From Lingula anatina (taxonomy: Eukaryota > Animalia > Brachiopoda): DNA of 64,000 nucleotides. Location: assembly GCA_051362555.1 (NCBI GenBank), contig CM120647.1:13616651-13680650 (forward strand), written 5' to 3'. The notes beneath the pieces were generated by a model. The model was not told the origin of the DNA and did no database searches. It saw only the letters and a program-made list of their open reading frames with translations. A program made the position numbers and the translations under genes. Position 1 is the first letter of the stretch; each line of letters opens with the position of its first letter. Below are positions 12,793 to 24,400 of the stretch, piece after piece.

Positions 12793-14698
12793 ATTTTTTT
12801 TTTTATATTCAATGCCATTTATTAAGCATACAAAGGAATTGTACAAAATATTGTCAATAATATCAGTAATATCAATCATTATACAGCATTTCGTAAACAT
12901 ATATAAAATATATACAGTGGGAAATAAACCCAATGTGAGGAGGTCACTGAAACACATTACCCAACAAATTCCAGTATATTCTACATATTTTCCATTACTC
13001 CATTACTTATATACATGTATTTTTCCATTTCGAAATAATTTTTTAGTTTATTTTGTAGACATTGAAAATCTAATCTTTTTTCATTCATTCTTTTTCCATA
13101 TATATAATACTTCGTTACCAGTATGAGTATATTAATGGCTGCACATTTTGTATCGTTTTTCAAAAACAATATATCTGCTAAAGAAAAATTGATATTCAAG
13201 AGTGATTTCTCATTTATCAAGTTGTTTAAATCTTCCCATAGCGGTTGAACCAAATCACAATAAAAGAACAAATGTTCAATGCTTTCATTTTCCTTTTCAC
13301 AGAAAGAACACAATGAGCTATCTTTTACCTTAATTCTTTTAAGAAATTCATTTGTTGCAATAATTCTATGTATTATTCTATATTGAAACCATCTTAAAGT
13401 CGTATTTTTCGTAAAGTAGAAAATATTTTATTTATCGTAGTCCAGTTATATTTATTTTCATCTCCCATTTAGCCTCAGATGCCGGTTTACAATATGCATT
13501 ATTAATCAATATATCATATATGCCCTGAGATTCCTTAGATCCCGTAGATTCTTTACATATTATTTCTATAAATTTAAGTCTGTAGGGTAGCGCCAATTTG
13601 ACGTTTTCTTCCCATAGCTGTGGCCACCGTTGTGTAATTGCAGTCTTAACTCCGAGAAATAATGTAAACGGACATTTAATGTCATACTGGGAACTAAATG
13701 TTTCGAAAGAATGCGGTTTTCCACTATTTTCAAACAGGTCATTTACTATATTTACGCCCTGTCATTCCAAGACTTAAAATAAATATCATTATTATCCACC
13801 CTCACCTCTGAACTATTCCATATAGGCTTTTTCAAAATATCTTTCAAAGTATCTGAATTTGAGATATCTCTTTAAAATCCGCAAGATAAAGAACGATTTC
13901 TTTCCAAAAACACACCTAACCAAGTACAGTAGAAATAATAATTATGTTTCCGTTGTACGACGTTTTAAAAGCGTCAGAATGTTTTAATCCCTATCCTGTG
14001 AATAGAAGGGGGCGGACAAACAATGGAAAGCCGTCTAATCCCTTCAAAATTCGAACGCAAAAACACAATAGTTTAGGCGTAATAACACACAATACCTTAG
14101 GCGAGTGAACCCCATGACGCCTGTTTCTGTGGTCCAGCGCGAGCGCGACAATCCGCTGTGACTAGGTGTAATTAACAGCAGGATACATCAGCAAGAAGGT
14201 GCCCATTGTTTGTTGCGGCGATAGGATTATAGCTTTAAGATGCTAGAACCCATGCTAACGCGTGCCACTCCCGTGGCCACCTATCCTTATGTTCACTAGC
14301 TTGGCACGCGCAGCTGATCATGTTTTAAGTGTTGCAAGATAACTGCTAGTTTAATTTAGTATCAGTTATTTAATTCAATATGAAGTGTTCTGTGGTCAAA
14401 AATTGAATTTGATAAACATGCATCAGCATCGTACATCAGCATGATCAACAAATCACCCCGTCTCAAAAAGTTTAAAGATGCTCCGTACACAAATTTTCAT
14501 CATCGAGACCTGTGTAAAAATAGATTACTGTTTAGAAATAACAAAGAAAGAAACATTATTAAAACAATTTATTCACATTACAAGCTGACGTGTTGCCTCA
14601 ATTACTACATTAAGTTACATTTTATATAAAATAATAGAGCAAATCCGTAAAAGGATAATAATAGAAAATCTTAATAAATAAATAAATAAATAAATAAA

Positions 14699-14861
14699 CA
14701 GGCCTGCAGCCAGGAGTTCAAGAGGTTTGAAAGAACCCCCTTTTGCTGAAAAAAGGTCCACTCTGGGTAAAATTTGACATAAGTACATGGGGTTTTTCGG
14801 TACAAGGTTCACTTTTTCAGAAAAAAGATCCCCCCCTTTGAAATTGCTGGCGACGGGCTTG
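14699..14861. mobile_element. ~165-bp MITE (CAGGCC...GGGCTTG) in an (AAAT)n tract; also present in X copy 4 at 21435-21605
   Basis: Imperfect ~15-bp TIR. Inverted homolog of 15298-15469. Confidence 0.7.
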
Positions 14862-15297
14862 ATAAATAAATAAATAAATTATTTAAAGAATTAAGTAAAT
14901 AATTAGATGACATTAAGAATCAAATAAAAAAGATAAAAATTAGATGGTATAAATCATTAAAAAAAGGTAAATTATTTCAAATAATTTAATAAATATATTA
15001 TGATTTAATAATTAAATGAATAAATCGCTGTGAAGAAATAATCATTGTCGCAACTAACGCGGTGAGTGTCTACCCATTATCAAAGGCCACAGATAGATTT
15101 TCACTAGTTACCAGTATAGACAGATGTGTATCTGGTTATTTGATGGGACCTTTTGGCACGCGCGTTAGGGGAACGAGCACATTAACTAACTTCTTTTAAG
15201 ATTAAAGTGAGTGTCCTATCATTTGAAAGCCAACAAAATATCTCATTCCACATTAGAGAAATTAGCCTCACAATTACATTTGTAATTTTATAACTAG

Positions 15298-15469
15298 CAG
15301 GCTCGTAGCCAGCAATTTCAAAGGGGGGGGGGGTTCTTTTTCTGAAAAAGTGGACCTTTTACCTTATAATCCCTATGTACCAAGGTCAAATTTTACCCAG
15401 AGTGGACCTTTTTCCAGCAAAAAGGGGGGTTCTTTCGAAACCCCCGAACCCCCCCTGGCTACGGGCCTG
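15298..15469. mobile_element. 172-bp MITE private to X copy 3
   Basis: TIR CAGGCTCGTAGCCAG / CTGGCTACGGGCCTG. Absent at the matching site of X copy 4 (near 21990). Flanks ACTAG/ACTGG, a possible 5-bp TSD with one mismatch. Confidence 0.8.
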
Positions 15470-18400
15470 ACTGGGTTTATGTAACTCTTCGCTGTTCAGT
15501 AACAGTTATAAAGGAAAGTTAGATTTTGCTTGTATGAAACACACTTTTTATTTTGATAAAAATCGACTGCGCATGCAGCATATTGATATAAGGCTTTCGA
15601 TGATGATTGTGCATGAAACGCCAAGTCATTTTTTCTTTTCATAATAGTGCTGGGCACCCAGGTGTTGAATCTTTTACTCGACGTGCATCTCCTAATATTG
15701 TATAGGCATGATTTCAGGTTGTTCGGCAGCGATGACGATTGCGTTCAAAATGGGTTGTTTGCAGCATAACGCCCTTATGCTTTGTGGTATATGTGAATAA
15801 ACCTAGCTTACTAAATAACTATTACCAAAGTGAAGCATGGCTTTAGGTTTAACAGTCCAAGATTTATTCAATATGGGCAGTTAACTTGGACCAGTCTTGT
15901 TTCATTAACTTTGCGAATGGAAGTCTCCGTCGTCAACGTAAATTTCCAATATGATTTTACATCACTTATCTGATTTAACAATCTTATTGTTTGGGTTTTG
16001 TTTAAGGTTGTATGAGAAAAGATAATGATCGCGTTTAACAATAGATTGAGGGCTACAGTAAGTCCCTCCTCTTTGGGCGATGTCGAAGACTGTTAATTCA
16101 ACGTACTTTCATAAACATGTAGTGTGACTACACTGTCAGCCATCCCCCTTGTTGCACGTTGGAAGCGATTTGTCTCATAACTATGACAAGGCGTTCTTTT
16201 TTCTCGTTGTTGTTTAAAAACGGACCACTTTGTCAAGGCTAATTGCTAAGCTCTTTGCGCGTCATATGTACTTAGCTCTTTGCGCGTCATATGTAAACGC
16301 TAAGATATGAATGTTATACCGGGTAGTTGATTGTTTTGCCGGGGCGCCGCACTTATGCTTTCTTACTAGAGCGATCTAGAACAACTAAGTCGCTAGTTTT
16401 CCCTGTTTGTAACTGTAGCAAAATATGTTCGACATGCCGTTTCTGCACGACAGCCGGAGACACAGTAATTGTATAAGGCATGGTTTAAGCTTGTTCGAGA
16501 GATGATAACAGTCGCGTTTAACAAAAGATAGTAAGACCCCCTCCTCTTTAACTGATGTCTTACACTGTTAATATTGACCGCACTTTCATATATTATGTAA
16601 TACACTGTCAGACTTTCCCCTGTTGCACGTTGGCGTTGGATTGTACTTGTGCCTCTGTCAATGCAACTCATTTAGTTTAAATATTTTTACCGCACAAACC
16701 TTTGTGGTTTAGAGTTATTAGTTTAGTAGTAGGAATAGGATGCTTGGACAAAAAGCTTCTAGTCAACTCGCTTAGACCTAGGGTGTGATGCTGTTATCAT
16801 CCGAGGAAACACCTACACTGAATCCTCTACCTGAAGTCCCTAGCTGAAACAAAAAAATGCCCCTTGAACCGGTCCATTTTTAAAGCGTCGAATCATTTTT
16901 GATATCATTGAGCGTCTTTAAACGAAAGCTTTTAAGTGACAAAAACAGAACCGTGTGGTGATTATTTATTAAAGCGTAGGTTTATTCATCATGATCTATT
17001 TTGTAAACAATATTTGCCTAGATTTTACTTGGATTGATCATCGTCACTGTCTGGCTACTCGCCTATAATGCGTGCTGAACGACAGACAACTTATAAATAT
17101 TATCTGTGTTACTGTGTATATGACCACGTTAAGTTAAAAAAGAACGGTGTCGGTGATTTAATCCATCCAACATATTTATATTTCTCCTTTTAAAACCAGT
17201 GTAAGGTTAACATCAAGTCAAAGCAAGCCTTGCAGATTGATTTTTTTAAAATTTTCGTAAATTAAGTAAAGCTAAGTAAAGCATGTTTCTAGTTCATCCA
17301 CGCTATAAAACTGCATAAAGAATATCAAGTCTCTGTAGCCAATTAACTTTCACAATGTCCTGTGCTTTAGAGTCCCATGCTATACAATAAAATGAGTATG
17401 GCCTGAGAGAAATATAAATATGAGGCCGTGTATGAAGATGTTTCAAATAATAAAAATCAAGAATTTAAACATGTTCGGTACATGCACATCACTTAATAAG
17501 TCATTTCACAAAAATGGCATCTAATTTTTCAGATAAACCTCCACTTTTATCGATCTCAACGCCTTGCCTGATGTTTACATGTAGGCGGTATACTCCAATA
17601 TTAATTGCAAACAATATCAACAGCGACTCGAGATCGTTGCCTGTCTTTCACACTTTTACACAAACTCATGAAGGGTTAATAAAAGGATTCGCGTTGCGAC
17701 ATCTATCTCTTTCTTTCGGACAAGCAAATTAAGGGCTGACCCGATGTAAGCTTTCATAACTAATTTCTCTTTGACTGTACAGGGGTATATTGTAATTACC
17801 CCACTTGGTCGCCTCCATTGTCTTGTAACAGTGACAAAGAATGTGTTTTCACACGCTAGTTTACATAACTCCTTTGCCTTGTGTCTTTATCAAGGTTATT
17901 ATCAGTTTGAATAGGTTGTCTTGCCTCACTTAAAAAGGGAGTTGTTCTTCACACTGGTTTTTGCCTAACTTATGCTAACCTACTTTGTACAATTTTGGTT
18001 TTAATACATCGCCAAAATTATGACACTAGTGAACATTGTGTATCAAACGTTTTGATACGATTAAATAAATGTGCAGGAAGGATTACGGAATGAGATACTA
18101 TTTACCCCCCCCCCCCACGCGCCCCCCAAAAAATGCTCTTTTGATTTCCAAATGAATTTGTTTTTAACGCAAAGAAGTCCAAAACCCCTTTCACGACTCA
18201 GTCATTGTACAGCATGTTGTAATCGATATTTAAAAAAGTTAATTTTTGTACCCCGCCTTTCAGTGTTTATTGTGGTGCTTGCTTTCATCGGGGACACTGC
18301 CTGTTGAGGTTACAATTACGTCGCTAGCCAATCTCCATAGGTTACTGGAATATATCTAAGTACACGTAAAGCTTTGTAAAGTCTCTTTTGTCACACATCA

Positions 18401-20073
18401 TAATTATTGAATTTTGTCTTGAATGAAAAAATACCCTCAAATTAACGTTTTGTGCTTAAACATTTCATAACTTGGACCGAAGTTTGATATACAGTGTACT
18501 GTAGCTACAATGGCATTCCTCAAGTTGGGTCTGCTGGGAGAGGGGGGCATTTAAATGGTAAACGAAGAAGTCCACCTGTAAACAGCAGCGGTTTAAATGA
18601 TCGCTATCTCGGTTCCTTTTTCTTTGACAGCATCATAGAAAATGTTAAGGGAGAAAGTCACACATACCCACGGCGTTGTTTTGTCTTCAGCATTTCCTCC
18701 TTCCTGCTTACTGCAATTATTATCGTCAATTAATGAAACCGAGAAAGCAATTAAATGATGGCACATTGAATAAAATCACTAGGTGCATTTCGCTGAGTGT
18801 AAACAAGATCTAGCGAAACATTTTATTTCAAAATAAATTTATATGTGATTGTACATCTGTCGTGTGTGTTATTTCAAACAAAACGATATCCCGAAAGACC
18901 AACTTTAAAATGTATGTCTATTCAGCAAAATAATGTAATTTAATACAACTATGAGTAATGTATTTAAACTACGGCCGTATATGCGATGGCCATGTGGGAT
19001 TATAATTGCATACCTTGATGCAAAACAGTCTATCGTTTCTCCCACCGCGAGTCCCTTTAATTAATGTATTGTATTACTCTTTACCCTTTTTATTTGACAC
19101 TGTCTCTGTTTCTCCCCCTTTTCTTTTCTCTTGTAAGAAGGAGGGCAAATAATTAAGCATTCGAAATATGCATCACCAATCTTCAGAAAAGAATGAGTGA
19201 ATGAACCATTGGGCTGGCCCACAACGTCCGACACAGGAGAATAAATTAAGTAACAGCTTTCACAGATTTAACTGCATTTAGCTGTATAGCGTCACTATAT
19301 ACATAATCCGCTGCACGCGCGAAGCTGTTGAACAAAAGGATAGTTCTCTATGGAAGACCTTTTGTTTACATAAGTACTCTAAGGGGGCGTGCCTACCCAG
19401 GCGACAACAGGATAAGGCTAGTCACTATATTCCGTCAAAATCGTTTAGCGACCCTATCATTATCACACTCCTTCTATTGTATTTTCTGACGTTATAATTG
19501 TATCTAATCTTCTTACGTTAGATGGAATAAATGCACACATACATAATCTTATGACTGTATAAGTCTCCCCGATCAATAAGTCGATTTATATTAATATTTT
19601 GTGTATCTATCATAAGTCTAACCCAATCTGTGTCATTTTTTGTCATTAGTTTCCTTATCCAAGTTAATATTTAGCTTTTTATAAACGTTTCTATGTCAAT
19701 CATTCGACAGCCTCCACATTCTATTGGTTGAATAAGCACCTTCCTAGCTATCCTTTCCCTTTTATTGTTCCAAATAAATTTAAAAGCGCGTTTTCCAATC
19801 TCTTTCTCGTACCATCGTTTGGTTTAGGTAAGGAAATAAATAAGTGAGTAAATTTGGATAAAAGTAGGGTTTTCACTACTGTAATTTTTCCCAAAGGGAT
19901 TAAATTTCTCCTATTCCAACACGTTGTTTCCTTTTCAACTTCCAATAATCTATCGAGTAATTAAAGTCTTCAATATTTTCCAAATTTGCATTTTGTTATA
20001 CCTAAGGCCACAAAATTGCTATTTGTCCACTGCAAATTCTATTCGGGACAAAGAACCACGTCTATATTTCCCT

Positions 20074-20499
20074 TGTGACGTTATTAAGTGCGGGACTGAT
20101 TTGAGTGCGGGATGTTGGTGAACGCAAAACGTGCGTGTGAACAGTCTGGACTTTGACAGTGAAAAACTGTATTTAAGACACTGGAGAACGCAACACGTGA
20201 GTGTGAATAGTTTGAACTTTGACAGTGCAAAAAACTATTTGAGACGCTGGAGAACGCAACACGTGAGTGTGAACAGTTTGAACTTTGACAGTGCAAAAAC
20301 TGTATTTTAGGACCTGGACTATTTGAAGCCTAACTTAACTCACTATGAAAGGCAGCAGCACAGAATCTCAGCCTCAAGTGGAAAACGGCGCTTCGATAAA
20401 AGGCAGTTGGACAGATATGGACATAGAATATTATTTTCATAGTTGATACACTGTTGTTTGTGTGTTTTTTTTATGTGCGGGCCGTGTTGGACCGTAACA
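20074..20499 (+). repeat. 5' LTR with three internal ~66-bp tandem units
   Basis: TGTGACG...GTAACA. Matches the 3' LTR except for a poly-T length. Unit AACGCAA(A/C)ACGTG...ACTTTGACAGTG at ~20121, 20187 and 20253. Confidence 0.95.
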
Positions 20500-20504
20500 T
20501 AAAT

Positions 20505-20521
20505 TGGGGGCTCGTCCGGGA
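20505..20521 (+). promoter_or_regulatory. Primer-binding site complementary to the tRNA-Pro 3' end
   Basis: TGGGGGCTCGTCCGGGA, 5 bp after the 5' LTR; the canonical tRNA-Pro PBS. Confidence 0.9.
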
Positions 20522-20579
20522 GAGATCAAGAACAAAATTAGACTGTGCATATGTTTAGTGAGTTACAAAATAGCAAAAT

Positions 20580-21398
20580 ATGGCTGAGCTGAAGGAGTTT
20601 TTAATAGCACCTTCCCTCCAGGTGTTGGAGAAATTTAAGAAGCTACAGTAGTAATAAAAATTAAGTTTCCGTTGTACGACGTTTTAAAAACGTCAGAAAC
20701 GTTTTAATCCTTATCCTATGAATAGAAGGGGGCGGACAAACAATGGAGAGCCGTCTAATCCCTTCAAAATTCGAACGCCAAAACACAATAGTTTAGACGT
20801 AATAACACACAATACCTTAGGCGAGTGAACCCCATGACGCCTGTTTCTGTGGTCCAGCGCGAGCGGGACAATCCGCTGTGACCAGGTGTAATTAACAGCA
20901 GGATACATCAGCCAGAAGGTGCCTATTGTTTGTTGCGGCGATAAGATTATAGCTTTAAGATGCTAGAACCCATGCTAACGCGTGTCACTCCCGTGGCCAC
21001 CTATCCTTTTGTTCACTAGCTTGGCACGCGCAGCAGATCATGTATTAATTAAGTGTTGCAAGAAAACTGCTAGTTTAATTTAGTATCAGTTATTTTATTC
21101 AATATGAAGTGTTCTGTGGTCAAAAATTGAATTTGATATACATGTATCAGCAACGTACATCAGCATGATCAACAAATCACCCCGTCTCAAAAAGTTTAAA
21201 GATGCTCCGTACACAAATTTCCATCATCGCTACCTGTGTAAAAATAGATAACTGTTTAGAAATAACAAAGAAAGAAACATTATTAAAACAATTTTTTCAC
21301 ATTACAAGCTGACGTGTTGCCTCAATTACTACATTAAGTTACATTTTATATAAAATAATAGAGCGAATCCGTAAAAGGATAATAATAGAAAGTCTTAA

Positions 21399-21433
<35 letters not shown>

Positions 21434-24400
21434 ACAGGCCCGCAGCCAGGGGGAGTTCGGGAGGTTCGAAAGACCCCCCTTTTGCTGAAAAAAGTCCACT
21501 CTGGGTAAAATTTGACATAATTACATGGGGATTTTCCGGTAAAAGGTCCACTTTGTCAGAAAAGGATCCCCCCCCCCCCCTTTGAAATTGCTGGCTACGG
21601 GCTTGATAAATAAATAAATTATTTAAAGAATAAAGTAAATAATAAGATGACATTAAGAATCAAATAAAAAAGAAAGATAGAAATTAGATGGTATAAATCA
21701 TTAAATAAAAGATAAATTATTTTAAATAATTTCATAAATAAATTTTGATTTAATAATCGCTGTGAAGTCTACCCATTATCAGGGCCACAGATAGATTTTC
21801 ACTAGTTGCCAGTATAGACAGATATGTATCTGTTTATTTGATGGGACTTTTTTGCACGCGCGTTAGGGGAACGAGCATATAAACTAATTTCTTTTAAGAT
21901 TAAAGTGAGTGTCCTATCATTTGAAAGCCAACAAAATATTTCATTCCACATTAGATAAATTAGCCTCATAATTGCATTTGTAAATTTATAACCTGGTGTA
22001 TGTAACTCTTCGCTGTTCAGTAACAGTTATAAAGGAAAGTTAGATTTTGCTTGTATAAAACACTTTTTACTCTGATAAAAATCGACTGCACACGAAGCAT
22101 AATGATATTAGGCTTTCGATGATGATTGTGCATGAAACATCAAGTCATTTTTCCTTTTCATAATAGTGCTGGGCACCCAGGTGTTGAATCTTTTACTCGA
22201 CGTGCATCTCCTAATATTGTATAGGCATGATTTCAGGTTGTTCTGGAGCGATGACGATTGCGTTCAAAATGGGTTGTTTGCAGCATAAGTGATGTGAATA
22301 AACCTAGCTTACTTATTAACTATTACCAAAGTAAAGCAGGGCTTTAGGTTTATCAGCCTAAGATTTATTCAATATGGGCAGTTAACTTGGACCAGTCTTG
22401 TTTCATTAACTTTGCGAATGAAAGTCTCCGTCGTTAACGTAAATTTCCTATATGATTTTACATCACTTATCTGATTTAACAATCTTATTGCTTAGGTTTT
22501 GTTTAAGGTTGCATGAGAACAGATAATGATCGCGTTTAACAATAGATTGAGGGCTATAGTAAGTCCTGCCTCTTTGGGCGATGTCTGAGACTGTTAATTC
22601 AACGTACATAAACATGTAATGTGACCACAGTGTCAGCCATCCCCCTTGTTGCACGTTGCAAGCGATTTGTCTCATAACTATGACAAGGCGTTCTTTTTTC
22701 TCGTTGTTGTTTTAAAACGGACCACTTTGTTAAGGCTAATTGCTTAGCTCATTGCGCATCATATGTACTTAGCTCTTTGTGCGTCATATGTAAACGCTAA
22801 GATATGAATGTTAGACCGGGTAGTTGATTGTTTTGCCCGGGCGCCGCACTTATACTTTCTTACTAGAGCGATCTAGAACAAGTCGCTAGTTTGTCCTGTT
22901 TGTAACTGTAGCAAAATATGTTCGACATGCCGTTTCTGCACGACAGCCGGAGACACAGTAATTGTATAAGGCATGGTTTAAGCTTGTTCGAGAGATAATA
23001 ACAGTCGCGTTTAACAAAAGATAGTAAGACCCCCTCCTCTTTAACTGATGTCTTACACTGTTAATATTGACCGCACTTTCATATATTATGTAATACACTG
23101 ACAGACTTTCCCCTGTTGCACGTTGGCGTTGGATTGTACTTGTGCCTCTGTCAATACACCTCATTTAGTTTAAATATTTTTTCCGCATAAACCTTTGAGG
23201 TTTAGAGTTATAAGTTTAGTAGTAGGAATAAGATGGTTGGACAAAAAGCTTCTAGTCAACTGGCTTAGACCTAGGGTGTGATGCTGCTATCATCCGAGGA
23301 AACACCTACACTGAATCCTCTTCCTGAAATCCCCCTAGCTGAAACAAAAAATGCCCCTTGAACCGGTCCATTTTTACAGGGTCGAATCATTTTTGATATC
23401 ATTGAGCGTCTTTAAACGAAAGCTTTTAAATGACAAAAACAGAACCGTGTGGTGATTGTTTATTAAAGCGTAGGTTTATTCATCATGATCTATTTTGTAA
23501 ACAACACATGCCTAAATTTTACTTGGATTGATCATCGTCACTGTTTGGCTACTCGCCTATAATGCGTGCTGAACGACAGACAACTTATAAATATTATCTG
23601 TATTACTGTGTATTTGACCAAGTTAAAATAGAACGGTGTCGGTGATTTAATCCATCGAACATATTAATATTTCTTCTTTTAAAACCAGTGTTAGGTTAAC
23701 ATCAAGTCAATTTAAGTAAAGCTAAGTAAAGCATGTTTCTAGTTCATCCACGCTATATAAATACATGAAGGATAACAAGTCTCTGTAGCCAATTAACTTT
23801 CACAATGCCCTGTGCTTTAGAGTCCCATGTTATACAAGCAAATGAGTATGGCCTGAGAGAAATATAAATATGAGGCCGTGTATGAAGATGTTTCAAATAA
23901 TAAGAATCAAGAATTTAAACATGTTAGGTACATGCACATCATTTAATAAGTCATTTCACAAAAATGGCATCTAATTTTTCAGATAAACCTCCACTTTTAT
24001 CGATCTCAACGCCTTGTCTGATGTTTACATGTAGGCGGTATACTCCAATATTAATTGCGAACAATATCAACAGCGACTCGAGATCGTTGCCTGTCTTTCA
24101 CACTTTTACACAAACCCATGAAGGGTTAATAAAAGGATTCGCGTTGCGACATCTATCTCTTTCTTTCGAACAAGCAAATTAAGGGCTGACCCGAAGTAAG
24201 CTGGCATAACTAATTTCTCTTTGACTGTACAAGGGTATATTGTAATTACTCCACTTGGTCGCCTCCATTGTCTTGTAACAGTGACAAAGAATGTGTTTTC
24301 ACACGCTAGTTTACATAACTCCTTTGCCTTGTGTCTTTATCAAGGTTATAATCAGTTTGAATAGGTTGTCTTGCCTCACTTAAAAAGGGAGTTGTTCTTC

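Larger units (their letters stand above)
13927..19557 (+). mobile_element. Element X copy 3 (subfamily X2), inserted in L1 ORF2
   Basis: TA|CAGTAGAAATAATAATT ... ATAATCTTATGACTG|TA. L1 sequence on both sides. Collinear with copy 4. Confidence 0.88.

Noticed and set aside
20084-20296. 70-aa repetitive ORF, also at 32058-32270
   Set aside because: Antisense translation of the 66-bp tandem units inside the LTRs.
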